Part shown: positions 40,747-50,345 of the stretch, in pieces
Numbering within the stretch: position 1 is the stretch's first letter
Layout: each line of letters starts with the position of its first letter
NCBI GenBank assembly: GCA_900617105.1
Contig: UYFQ01000001.1
Location: forward strand, 248,001 to 312,000
From: Hydrurus foetidus
Taxonomy: Eukaryota
Length of the DNA stretch: 64,000 nucleotides
Reading direction: 5' to 3'
The notes under the pieces: generated by a model
Database searches by the model: none
Told to the model about the DNA's origin: nothing
Seen by the model: the letters and a program-made list of their open reading frames with translations, nothing else
Position numbers and translations under genes: made by a program

Positions 40747-42030
40747 ATGACCACGGCCCATCTCATAGAGCGTTCCAGTGCGCAAGGCGAAGCGTCCAGC
40801 ACGGCGCAAGACCGCATGGCTTTGATGCGCCAGTTGGGGCGGGCCAAACGCCGGGCGCGGCTGGGGGCTTTTTCTCTGGCTTTGCCGATGCTGGTGTTTT
40901 TGGTGGTGACCTTGTTGGTGCCGATTGCGGTGCTGCTGATGCGCGGCGTGGAGAACCCCGAAGTGGTGTCTGCACTGCCGCGCACCGCACGCGCCCTGGA
41001 CGGCTGGGACGAGGCCATGACTGCGCCGCCGCGTGCGTTCACGGCTCTGGCGACGGATTTATCCCACCTCCCCGGCGGTGGTGGGCAGGCCGGGGCTTTG
41101 GCCCGGCGGCTGAACACCGAAACCCCAGGCGCACGATCACTGGTGATGAACACCTTTAGGGCCATGCCTTTAGAGAAAAACTTGTCTGACGAGCAGGTGC
41201 GCAGCCGCATTTTGGAGATCGAGCCGCGCTGGAGCGAGAGCAAATACTGGATGGCTATCGCCAAAAATGGCTCACGCTGGACACCCGACTATTTGCTGAC
41301 CGCTGTTGATTTACAGCGTGAAGGCGGGCACATCAAAGCGGTAGACCCCTCTCGTGCCGTGTTCACCAAAATACTGTGGCGCACTTGCGCGATCAGCTTG
41401 ACCGTCACGCTGTGGTGCTTGGTGCTGGCTTATCCTTTGACTTATTGGTTGGCAAATCTGAGCACCCGCAAATCCAATTTGCTGATGATTTTGGTGCTGG
41501 TGCCGTTTTGGACTTCCATCTTGGTGCGCATTGCTGCGTGGATCGTGCTGCTCCAACGCGAAGGCTTGGTGAACCACAGTCTGCAGGGGCTGGGCCTTAT
41601 CACCGAGCCTTTGGCCCTGTTGTTTAACCGCACCGGTGTCGTGATTGCAATGGTGCATGTGCTGCTGCCATTCATGATTTTGCCGTTGTATAGCGTGATG
41701 AAATCGGTGCCCTCCACTTACCAGCGGGCCGCCGTTTCCCTGGGCAGTTCCCCTATCGCCGCATTTTGGCGGGTCTTTGTACCGCAAACCTACGCGGGCA
41801 TCGGTGCCGGAGCACTGATGGTGTTTATTTTGTCGATTGGCTATTACGTGACCCCCGCATTGCTGGGAGGCGCGGACGATCAAATGCTGTCGTATTACGT
41901 GGCGCAGTACATCAACGTGGAGGTCAACTGGGGCGTGGCTGCCGCCTTGTCGACAGTCTTGCTGGTGACGACTTTGGTGCTCTACGCGGTGTACCGGCGC
42001 TTGTCGAAAACCGAGTTGAGCGTGACGTAA
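40747..42030 (+). CDS. ABC transporter permease (PotB-like)
   Basis: VPFWTSILVR, LLPFMILPLYS, AAVSLG and YYVTPALLGG. Confidence 0.9.
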   Translation: MTTAHLIERSSAQGEASSTAQDRMALMRQLGRAKRRARLGAFSLALPMLVFLVVTLLVPIAVLLMRGVENPEVVSALPRTARALDGWDEAMTAPPRAFTALATDLSHLPGGGGQAGALARRLNTETPGARSLVMNTFRAMPLEKNLSDEQVRSRILEIEPRWSESKYWMAIAKNGSRWTPDYLLTAVDLQREGGHIKAVDPSRAVFTKILWRTCAISLTVTLWCLVLAYPLTYWLANLSTRKSNLLMILVLVPFWTSILVRIAAWIVLLQREGLVNHSLQGLGLITEPLALLFNRTGVVIAMVHVLLPFMILPLYSVMKSVPSTYQRAAVSLGSSPIAAFWRVFVPQTYAGIGAGALMVFILSIGYYVTPALLGGADDQMLSYYVAQYINVEVNWGVAAALSTVLLVTTLVLYAVYRRLSKTELSVT

Positions 42031-42057
42031 CGTTGAACAACAATCGAGCAAAATCTG

Positions 42058-42876
42058 ATGAAACTAAGCCCTGAATTTCCTGCCTATGCCACCTTGCTTG
42101 ACAAAGCCGGTTGGTGGGCGCTGCGTGCCTTCAGCGTGGCCATGCTGGTGTTTTTGTTGCTGCCCATTGTGGTGATTATTCCGCTGTCGTTCTCGTCCAG
42201 CTCATTCTTAGCGTACCCGATTCCGGGCTGGTCTATGCAATGGTACGAGAACCTGTTTTGCTCTGACGAATGGATGCGGGCGGCCAAGAACAGTTTCATT
42301 GTGGCCCCCGCTGCCACGCTGTTGGCCACGGTGCTGGGCACGCTGGCCGCAGTGGGGTTGGCACGTGAGAACTTCCCTGGCAAAGGCTTGCTCATGGGCG
42401 TGCTGATTTCGCCGATGGTGGTGCCCATTGTGGTTGTGGGTGTGAGTGCCTACCTGAGTTTTGCCCGCATCGGGCTGAACGATTCCTACACGGGCTTGAT
42501 CCTGGTGCATGCCGCTTTGGGTGCCCCCTTTGTGCTGACCACGGTGCTGGCGACTTTGCAAGGGTTCAACCAAAACCTGGTGCGTGCCAGCCAATCGCTA
42601 GGGGCATCGCCGTGGCTCACGTTTTGGCGCGTCACCCTGCCCATCATTGCGCCGGGTGTGATTTCAGGGGCGTTGTTTGCGTTCGCCACATCGTTTGATG
42701 AGGTGGTGGTGACGCTGTTCTTGGCAGGCCCCACGCAGTCCACCTTGCCGCGTCAAATGTTCACGGGCATCCGTGAAAACATCACGCCCACCATTGCGGC
42801 TGTGGCGACGCTGTTGATCATTTTTACCACCAGCTTGTTACTGGCTTTGGAATGGATCCGAGGACGGCAAAAGTAG
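42058..42876 (+). CDS. ABC transporter permease (PotC-like)
   Basis: PLSFS, SPMVVP, ASQSLGA and FATSFDEVVV. Confidence 0.92.
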   Translation: MKLSPEFPAYATLLDKAGWWALRAFSVAMLVFLLLPIVVIIPLSFSSSSFLAYPIPGWSMQWYENLFCSDEWMRAAKNSFIVAPAATLLATVLGTLAAVGLARENFPGKGLLMGVLISPMVVPIVVVGVSAYLSFARIGLNDSYTGLILVHAALGAPFVLTTVLATLQGFNQNLVRASQSLGASPWLTFWRVTLPIIAPGVISGALFAFATSFDEVVVTLFLAGPTQSTLPRQMFTGIRENITPTIAAVATLLIIFTTSLLLALEWIRGRQK

Positions 42877-42899
42877 GTGCTTCAGGGGGTAATTCTTAA

Positions 42900-44190
42900 G
42901 GGCAGTCCTATAAATTCCCAAATCCAGTCAACGCATAAACGATATAAATCGTTTATCTAAGAAGCCTCCTAATCACAAGCCATGATGCAAAGCAGTTTTT
43001 TGACCTCGACAAGAGGTACGCGAAGTTGAGCGAGGCCGGAGATCCGCTGGAGCGGTTGAATGAGGCAATTGACTGGGAGATGTTTCGCACGACGCTCGAG
43101 CGCATAGATGTAAAGCCACGCAAAAGCGCAGCAGGACGTCCACCAACCTGCCGAATCGTGATGTTCAAGATGCTGCTGCTCCAGCGCCTGCATCAACTCT
43201 CAGACGAGCGCTTGGAATACCAAGTGACGGACCGGCTGTCGTTCATGCGGTTTTTAGGGTTGGAGTTGGCTGGACTTGTACCTGACTCAAGAACCGTCTG
43301 GGCCTTTCGCGAAGCGCTCAAGAAGAGCGACCTGATGCAGCCCCTGCTGGACAAGCTGACCCAAGCGCTAGGGGATATGGGCGTGGAACTCAAAAGTGGG
43401 CAAATCATAGATGCCAGCTTTATCCCCGTACCCATCCAGCGCAATGGGCGCGAAGAGAATGCCCAACTCAAAGCAGGCAAGACCCCCGAAGAGTGGATGG
43501 ACAACGCAAACAAGCTACGGCACAAAGACGTAGATGCCCGCTGGACAAAGAAAAGCGGGCAAAGCCACTACGGCTACAAGAACCACATCAACATCGACAA
43601 AGACACCAAGCTGATCACGGCGCATGCGTGTACAGATGCCAGCGTTCACGACAGCCAAGAGCTTGATACCGTGCTGCGCACACCAGAAGAGGGTGGCAAA
43701 GACACGTGGGCAGACAGCGCCTACCGCTCAGAGGAGCAGGAAAAGGCGCTCCAGGCCAGCCAACACAGCAGCCACATCCATGAGCGGGCGTATCGCAACC
43801 ATCCTCTGACGGAGGAACAAAAGGCCACCAACAAAACCAAGTCCAAAGTACGCGCTCGCGTTGAGCATGTCTTTGGGCACATGGAAAACACAATGGGCGG
43901 CATGGGCCTGCGCACCATCGGACTCGCTCGCGCCAAAGTGGGCGTGGCGTTGATGAACCTCACCTACAACATCAGCCGCATTGAGATACTCATGCGCAAC
44001 AAGGTTTTTAGCTTCTCTCGCCTGCTCACGCCCAAAATGGGCCAAGTGGCCTGAAATGGGGGCAAAACCCCCCTTGAAGCGCCTCGAAATCACCAAAAAT
44101 GCGAAAAAACACAAAACAAATTCGCATTGTGAAATGTTTAGCGTCCCAGGCAAGGCTTGGGGTGGTTAACGTCGATTTATAGAACTGCCC
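42900..44190 (+). mobile_element. IS5 family insertion sequence, 1291 bp, with TTAA target duplication
   Basis: Terminal inverted repeats GGGCAGTCCTATAAAT and ATTTATAGAACTGCCC; TTAA at 42896-42899 and 44191-44194. Confidence 0.93.
42982..44054 (+). CDS. IS5 family transposase (one-base indel in a T-run near the N-terminus)
   Basis: GRPP, LSDERLE..DRLSFMRFLG, IIDAS, DARWTKK, GYKNH, ADSAY and RARVEHVFG; MMQSSF joins FDLDKRYAKLSEAGDPL only if one T is added at ~42996-43001. Confidence 0.9.
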
Positions 44191-44790
44191 TTAATCGCCC
44201 GCAAAGTAATGCTTTAACCCCGCCAAAATCATCTCCACCGCCATCGCGGTGAGTATCAAGCCCATCAGTTTTTCCATCGCTGCAATCAGTGATTCACCCA
44301 GCACTTTTTGCAGCCAATTGGCCGCCAGCATCACCACCATGCAGGCCAGCACGGCGCAGAACAAAGCACCCGTCCACTGCCACAGGCGATCGGGCTGGCG
44401 TGAGGCCAGCAGCAGCACGGTAGCCAGGGCCGAGGGGCCTGCCATCAGGGGGATGGCCAGCGGGAAAATAAAGGGTTCATGCGTGGCTGCACCATCGGCC
44501 TTGGCATCGCTTTGGTTCATGAAAATCATGCGGATCGCGACCATCAGCAAGATCACGCCACCGGCCACTTCCAGGGATCGCTCGGACAGGCGCATCAGGT
44601 GCAAAATTTGGTTGCCCATCAGCATGAACGCCATCAAGATGCCCATAGCGATGGCGGATTCGCGCACCGCCACCCAGCGTCTGCGCTCGGGAGCGACATC
44701 TTTCAGGACGGAGATGAAAATCGGCAAACCGCCCAGAGGGTCAAGCACCAGCAGCAGCAGGATCAAGGCGGAGGTGAAGTCGTGGTTCAT
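44191..44790 (-). CDS. MarC family integral membrane protein
   Basis: LDPLGGLP, VAGGVILL, PLAIPLMAGPS and KLMGLIL. Confidence 0.9.
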   Translation of the reverse strand: MNHDFTSALILLLLVLDPLGGLPIFISVLKDVAPERRRWVAVRESAIAMGILMAFMLMGNQILHLMRLSERSLEVAGGVILLMVAIRMIFMNQSDAKADGAATHEPFIFPLAIPLMAGPSALATVLLLASRQPDRLWQWTGALFCAVLACMVVMLAANWLQKVLGESLIAAMEKLMGLILTAMAVEMILAGLKHYFAGD

Positions 44791-44815
44791 GGCAGTTCTC
44801 GGGCGTAAAACACGC

Positions 44816-44870
44816 AGAGCCCTCGCGCCTTATCCCTCTCCCAGGGGGAGGGGGATAAGGCAGGGGCTCT
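44816..44870. repeat. Long imperfect inverted repeat (REP-like or terminator) between the porin gene and marC
   Basis: AGAGCCC..GCCTTATCCCTCTCC-CAGG-GGGAGGGGGATAAGGC..GGGCTCT. Confidence 0.6.
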
Positions 44871-44896
44871 GCGCTGAGTGGCGTGGTGGTTGCGCT

Positions 44897-46279
44897 TTAG
44901 AAGCTGTACTTCGCTGAACCCATCAAGCGGCTGAGTTTGCCGGACTGGCCGCCAAAGGTCTCACGGGTTCCCCAGAGGTATTCCGCGCCCAGGTCAAAGT
45001 TTTTCACCGGTGTCCAGATCAGGTTGACGTGGCCTTGGGTGAGTTTGCGGTTGTTGGCGACCACGGCGGCGAAGTCGTTGCTTTGTGCTTTTTGCAGCGC
45101 ATAGGCCACGTTGGCTCGCAATGTGGCGTCAAACTTCATTTGGTAGCCCAGCACCAAGCCCCGCGCTTTTTCAAACAGGATGCGCTTGGAGGATGCGTCG
45201 TACACCGCTGAATCGGCAAACGACACGTTGTAGCGGCCCAGGCCATTGCCGTCGGTGTACTGCGCGGTGAAGAAGTCGTCACCGCGTGTTTTCACCATCG
45301 CGCCAAACGCGATGCCGTAGCCGCTGCGCGAGGTGTTCAAGCCCGCGCCGTCATCCAGACGGAATTCGGTGCTCAATGCACGGGCGTTCCATTGGCCCCA
45401 ATCGTGGGTTTTGTCGTAACGCAGCACCAAGTCAGGGCGCTTGTTGAAGTTGCTGGCCAGTGGGGTTTGGTCTTTGGTGACGAAGGAATTGGGGTTTTCC
45501 AACGCCGCTGTGAAAGTACCGTAATCAGGTGTGGCGTAGGCGTAGCGAACCATAGGCTGGCGAACGAAAGGCGAGGCCATCACGCCGTTGAAGTCCAGCG
45601 TTTCGGGCAGGGTGTCGCCATCCATGAAGGTTGACCAGGTTTGGCCTAACGTCCACGGGCCAACCGTCACGTAAGCATGGCGCAGGCGAGGGCGGTAGCT
45701 GTTGGTGTAGGCCTCACGACCGGCTTGGGCGGAGGCGCTGTCCAGCGTGTTGCCCGCGTCCGTGGCGAAGTCCATTTCAACCTTGCCACCGAGAATGCCG
45801 TACTTGGTGGGGGTGCTGACTTCAACGCCAAAGCGTGAGGTGCGTGCGCCCAGCTTGAAGTTGCCGGTGCGGTTGGCATCGGGCGAACCGTTCAACGGCT
45901 GGAAGGCGGTGGCGGTGGAAAAGTCATAGGCCGTGGTGCCTTTGCTGTCATGCAGGGCTTGCAGCTCTGCAAAACCATAGACTTTGACTGAGGTGTCGCT
46001 GCCTGGCACACGGAATGAGCCGGGGATGTCACCCATCACCACGGCTTCTTTGTGGTTGACTTCAACTTGGTCTTTCAAATCGGCCAGCGCGGCGGCAGAG
46101 GCGGCAGGGGCTGCTTTGGCTTTGGCCTGCTCGGCTTTCATGTCTTGCACCTGTTGCATCAGGGCTTTGACCTGGGCTTCGAGTTGCTGCATGCGTTGGT
46201 CGTTGCTTTGGGCGAAGGTGCTGCTGCTCATCAGCCAGCCCGCAGCGGCGAGTGCGAGGGGTATGGTTTTAAGTTTCAT
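44897..46279 (-). CDS. DcaP-type outer membrane porin with N-terminal coiled coil
   Basis: Signal peptide and coiled coil; ARTSRFG, RLRHAY, GQTWSTF, PETLDFNG, RQPMVRY and terminal YSF. Confidence 0.85.
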   Translation of the reverse strand: MKLKTIPLALAAAGWLMSSSTFAQSNDQRMQQLEAQVKALMQQVQDMKAEQAKAKAAPAASAAALADLKDQVEVNHKEAVVMGDIPGSFRVPGSDTSVKVYGFAELQALHDSKGTTAYDFSTATAFQPLNGSPDANRTGNFKLGARTSRFGVEVSTPTKYGILGGKVEMDFATDAGNTLDSASAQAGREAYTNSYRPRLRHAYVTVGPWTLGQTWSTFMDGDTLPETLDFNGVMASPFVRQPMVRYAYATPDYGTFTAALENPNSFVTKDQTPLASNFNKRPDLVLRYDKTHDWGQWNARALSTEFRLDDGAGLNTSRSGYGIAFGAMVKTRGDDFFTAQYTDGNGLGRYNVSFADSAVYDASSKRILFEKARGLVLGYQMKFDATLRANVAYALQKAQSNDFAAVVANNRKLTQGHVNLIWTPVKNFDLGAEYLWGTRETFGGQSGKLSRLMGSAKYSF

Positions 46280-46330
46280 GGTTGTGCTTCAAAACGAGAT
46301 TTAAATTTAAGGAAATTGTTCAAAAATTGT

Positions 46331-47134
46331 TCAATAGTGGCCCGAGGCCATGCGCTGCTCTACAGCGCCTGAAAATTGCGTCAGTGCTGTGGTCAAAATC
46401 AAATAGATCAGCGCGGTGGCCGCAAACACCGGTATCGGCTGAAAGCTCTCGGCCTGCACGCGCTGCGCAATCATGTTGATCTCCACCACGCCAATGGCGT
46501 AAGCCAGCGACGAGTCCTTGAGCAGCGCCACCACGTTGTTCGCCAGCGCAGGCAGGCTAACCCGCATGGCTTGCGGCAAGATGATGTAGATAAACGCCTG
46601 CGAAGGCTTCATCCCTACGGCCTTGGCGGCTCTGGTTTGTCCTGGTGACACGGCCAACACCCCGGCGCGGAACACCTCGGCGTTGTAGGCGCCTACGTTG
46701 ATCGACAATGCAATCACCGCCGTCCAAAACTCGCTGAGCTGCAATTGCGGCGCAATCGCAGGCAGTGCGAGGTAGAAGAACAAAATTTGCGTCAGCAAGG
46801 GCGTACCGCGTATCAGCCAAACGGTGAACTCGCTGGGGATCCGAAACGCTGCCACGCTGGACATCTTGCCCAAACCCAGAATGACACCAAAAATGCCCCC
46901 CAACACGGCTGCTACCAGGGTCAGCGCCACCGTGGTACGCGCACCGTCAGCGAACTGTTTGGCCGCAGCGCCAATCGGGTTGGGCAAGGGGGCCATCAAC
47001 CATGCCATAACCCACAGGAAGACAAACAATCCCATGATGGACAAGCCCATCTGGATATTGGTGCGCTTTTTAAGGGGAATGGCCTGGAACCAACCGGGGC
47101 CGGGGTGAGGACTGGTACTGGGGCTTGTGCTCAT
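46331..47134 (-). CDS. Polar amino acid ABC transporter permease
   Basis: IRGTPLLTQ, AYNAEVFRAG, ILPQA and LLKDSSL. Confidence 0.92.
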   Translation of the reverse strand: MSTSPSTSPHPGPGWFQAIPLKKRTNIQMGLSIMGLFVFLWVMAWLMAPLPNPIGAAAKQFADGARTTVALTLVAAVLGGIFGVILGLGKMSSVAAFRIPSEFTVWLIRGTPLLTQILFFYLALPAIAPQLQLSEFWTAVIALSINVGAYNAEVFRAGVLAVSPGQTRAAKAVGMKPSQAFIYIILPQAMRVSLPALANNVVALLKDSSLAYAIGVVEINMIAQRVQAESFQPIPVFAATALIYLILTTALTQFSGAVEQRMASGHY

Positions 47135-47148
47135 GGCAGGACTCCGGT

Positions 47149-47925
47149 TCAGCGGCAGGCCGAAATGTCTTCGTCAAACCAATGCTTGGAAATCCCCGCC
47201 AGAGTGCCGTCGGCCTTCAGGTCGTCCACAGCTTTGGACAGCGCGGCTTTCAGTTCTGGATTGCCTTTTTTCAGGACGAAAGAGATTTTTTCGTTGAACA
47301 CCATTTCGCCGCGTTGCAGCTTGTCAGCACCGACTTTAGCGATAGAGTTTTTAGCGACGAATTTATCCGTCACCCAGGCATCGGCGCGTTGGCCCATGAG
47401 AGCAGACAGCGCATCGGTGTCTTTGGGCAGGGTTTTAACTTCTTTCAGGCCGGGCAGTTTGGTGACGGACTCTGAATAGGTTGTTGCGAGTTGCACCACC
47501 ACAGTTTTGTCTTTCAAGTCCGCCACCGTCTTGGGGCCGCCGATGCGCGACACCACTTGTCCGCCTGAGCAGTAATGCGGGGAGGTGAAGTCCACCGATT
47601 TGGCACGTTCTTCGGTGTAGCCGTGCGAGGCGATGGCCGCGTCAAAGCGGTCTTGGCGAACGGCGGAGATCAGCGCGTCAAAGCCCAGCGCTTTCCACTC
47701 GATGGTCAGGCCCATTTTTTTGGCGACGGCTTCGGCCACTTCCACTTCATAGCCCGTAAGCTTGGTGCCCTGGAAGAAGTTGAAGGGCGGGAAGGCGCCT
47801 TCTGTGGCGAGCTGGATCACGCCAGATTTTTTTATGGTTTCCAAGTCACGGGCCTGGACGGGGGCCCAGGCAGCCAGGGCCAAGGCAGTCACGCCAAGCA
47901 GCCATTGGGTTTGTCGCTTCATCAA
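47149..47925 (-). CDS. Polar amino acid ABC transporter substrate-binding protein
   Basis: ATEGAFPPFNF, TEERAKSVDFTSPHY and DGTLAGISKHWF. Confidence 0.92.
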   Translation of the reverse strand: MMKRQTQWLLGVTALALAAWAPVQARDLETIKKSGVIQLATEGAFPPFNFFQGTKLTGYEVEVAEAVAKKMGLTIEWKALGFDALISAVRQDRFDAAIASHGYTEERAKSVDFTSPHYCSGGQVVSRIGGPKTVADLKDKTVVVQLATTYSESVTKLPGLKEVKTLPKDTDALSALMGQRADAWVTDKFVAKNSIAKVGADKLQRGEMVFNEKISFVLKKGNPELKAALSKAVDDLKADGTLAGISKHWFDEDISACR

Positions 47926-48034
47926 ATGTCTCCTAAAGGGTGGGGAAAGTCCTTGCAGTCATGGGCTGCAAGGGATGCGGTAGGTGCAGCATGAACCGGT
48001 GGATCACGCCACACCCGGTGCTCGGGATGGGTCG

Positions 48035-48391
48035 TCAGCGGACGGCCACGATGCTGATTTCAACCTTGAAGTCGCTGCCGGCCAGTTTGGCTTGCACGCA
48101 AGCGCGGGCCGGCGTGTGGCCCTGGGGCACCCAGGCATCCCACACGCTGTTGAAATCAGAAAAATCAGAGATGTCAGCCAAATAAATGGTGGCCGATGCA
48201 ATTTTGGTTTTGTCGCTGCCAGCTTTGGCCAGCACCGCGTCGATGCGTTCTAGCACCTCACGGCTTTGCGTGACAACCGATGCGCCCGCGTGGGTCTCAG
48301 CGACTTGGCCAGCCAAAAAAATCAAGCCTTGGCCGCTGGGGGTGATGACGGCTTCGCTCATGCGGCGGCCTATGTCGATACGTTCAATCAT
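48035..48391 (-). CDS. RidA family (YoaB-like) imine deaminase
   Basis: RMSEAV, LAGQV, WDAWVPQGHTPARACV and KVEI. Confidence 0.9.
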   Translation of the reverse strand: MIERIDIGRRMSEAVITPSGQGLIFLAGQVAETHAGASVVTQSREVLERIDAVLAKAGSDKTKIASATIYLADISDFSDFNSVWDAWVPQGHTPARACVQAKLAGSDFKVEISIVAVR

Positions 48392-48433
48392 TCAGGTTCT
48401 CCTCAAAGGTATTACATGCAAAAAATGCGCCCA

Positions 48434-50320
48434 TCACAATATCTTTTTCCCTAGTGCGGACAAGACAAAGTGCAGGCAGTGGGCCAGCGTGCGGTCAGCA
48501 CACTTGGCATCTAAGCTGCTCACTTCAAGGCTGAGCAACTGGCGGGTATGGGCCAGCATTTCCATGGCGACATGGGTTTCACGCACAGTCAATCCACCTG
48601 TGCCCGCCTCGTAGCCGGGCAGATCGCTCACGCTGGGGTTGTAGGCCACATGCAGGCCGTCGGTGCCCGCCCTAGCGTGCAGCAGCGCCAGGCGCATCAC
48701 TTCGCGGATGCCTAGAGCGTCGATGTCGGCCATCGTGAAGACTTTGATGCGTGCGGCTTTGAGGCGCAGCACTTCCGCGTCGCTGACTTCGCGCAGGCCA
48801 ATCAGCACCAGATTTTCTGGTGACAGGGTATCCAAGCAACTGTCAAGTGCAGCGCCGTGGCCGAGGGCGCGGTAGAGGGTTTGTTCGCTGCGGGTGCCGT
48901 TGTCGAGTGGGTTGTCCAGCTGTGCGCTGGCATCGAACCACAAACAGCCCACGCGCACACCCGAGGGGATCAGGGCTTGCAGGGCGGGCAGGCTTTGGGC
49001 ACGGTCGGGGGACAGGCAGAGAGCGACTCCTGGAGATGCCCCCGCGCCTGGGGTCATCACGCCTGGCACGCCTGGGGTCATTGCGCCTGGGGTCAGGTCT
49101 TGCATTGATGCTTCTTGCTCGCTCACGCTGACGCCCATCCCCAGCGCTGCCAGCTTGTCAGCCCATCCAAAGCTTGGCACGGCAGCATGGGTGCCGGGCG
49201 CAATATGCAATTGCAAGATGGGGGTATCGACGGCACTGCGGCGGCTTTGCAAGAGCGGGCGCTTTTCCACGTATTCCGAGGTCATCGCGGCGAGCATCGC
49301 CCCGTAGTGCAGGCTGAAGGCGATGCTGTCACCCACGGCGGGCATGGGGGATTTGTCCGTCACGTCCAGCACCAAATGGTCGCTGGACGCACCCAGCACC
49401 TCCACTCCCGCATCCACGGGGCGCAGATCGCCCACCACCACGTCTTCACGGCCGATGTTCAAAATACCACGCAGTCGGTCGCCCTTGTCTTCAAACTGCG
49501 GGCGGTTGCCAAAAGCGTCCACCCCTGCTTGACCGACGGGCACGGAGGGCTTGGTTTTCAGCTCGATCAAGGTGCCGCTCAGGCGAAAGGCGTTGGGGTT
49601 CAAGGCGTCCCAGGGCTTGTCCAGAAAGGAGTCGCGCCCGCCTTGCAAAATCGCCTCGCCGATGCGCAAATGGTTGACCCCGCTGGGCATGCCCCCGCGC
49701 AGCATCAAAGGCAGCGAGCCGGAATTGCCGCCCGACACATAGCGCAGCTTCAAATCGAAAGCCCGCTCCAGCGTGTAGGCGTGGGCCACCAGCTCAGCCA
49801 TGTTGCGCTCGTCCGGCACGATGGCCCCAAAGCAGTTCAGGTTGGTGCCCAGACCGACGATGCGCACGCCGGGGAGTTGCACGACCTGCTCGGCCACGGC
49901 CAGCAGATCGTCTCGCCAAATGCCTTCACGTAAATCGCCCATGTCCACCATCAAAATCACCTCGTGGACGCGCCCCAGGCGCAGCGCGGTGCTGGAGATG
50001 TTGCGCAGCACGGCCAGCTCCGAGTTCAAACTGATGTCCACCGTGGCCACCAGCTCTTCCAGCGCGGTGGGTGGGGGCGAGCGCAGCAGCAAAATCGGCG
50101 CACTGATGCCGCTGGCACGCAGGCGGCGGATGTTTTCAAAACGTGATTCGGCCAAGCCGGTGACCCCCCCGCGCAGCATGGCGTGGGCCACAGCAGGCAT
50201 ACCGCAGGTGCCTTTGGTGACCCCGAACACGCCAATGCCACGCTCGCCACAGGCGTTAACCACCGTGCGGGCGTTGGCTTCGATGATGTCGAGGTCGATG
50301 GTGATGCTGGGGGAGCTCAT
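48434..50320 (-). CDS. PLP-dependent amino acid racemase (ornithine-racemase-like) fused to a degenerate arginase-fold domain
   Basis: N-terminal GVTKGTCG, AESR, MVDMGDLREG, GTNLNCFG, SGGNS, LRIGEA, KPSVP, DAFG and GASSDH; C-terminal ENLVLIGLRE, FTMADIDALG, GGLTVRETH.AMEML and SALGKKIL. Confidence 0.88.
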   Translation of the reverse strand: MSSPSITIDLDIIEANARTVVNACGERGIGVFGVTKGTCGMPAVAHAMLRGGVTGLAESRFENIRRLRASGISAPILLLRSPPPTALEELVATVDISLNSELAVLRNISSTALRLGRVHEVILMVDMGDLREGIWRDDLLAVAEQVVQLPGVRIVGLGTNLNCFGAIVPDERNMAELVAHAYTLERAFDLKLRYVSGGNSGSLPLMLRGGMPSGVNHLRIGEAILQGGRDSFLDKPWDALNPNAFRLSGTLIELKTKPSVPVGQAGVDAFGNRPQFEDKGDRLRGILNIGREDVVVGDLRPVDAGVEVLGASSDHLVLDVTDKSPMPAVGDSIAFSLHYGAMLAAMTSEYVEKRPLLQSRRSAVDTPILQLHIAPGTHAAVPSFGWADKLAALGMGVSVSEQEASMQDLTPGAMTPGVPGVMTPGAGASPGVALCLSPDRAQSLPALQALIPSGVRVGCLWFDASAQLDNPLDNGTRSEQTLYRALGHGAALDSCLDTLSPENLVLIGLREVSDAEVLRLKAARIKVFTMADIDALGIREVMRLALLHARAGTDGLHVAYNPSVSDLPGYEAGTGGLTVRETHVAMEMLAHTRQLLSLEVSSLDAKCADRTLAHCLHFVLSALGKKIL

Positions 50321-50345
50321 GGGGTAGGTCTTTTATCGTGGTGAT

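Noticed and set aside
49044..49095. Three copies of CGCCTGGGGTCA inside the racemase fusion gene
   Set aside because: In-frame low-complexity TPG linker expansion within the protein; no evidence of a separate element.
48434..49130. Annotating the C-terminal domain as an active arginase
   Set aside because: Most binuclear Mn ligands and the catalytic His/Glu positions are substituted.
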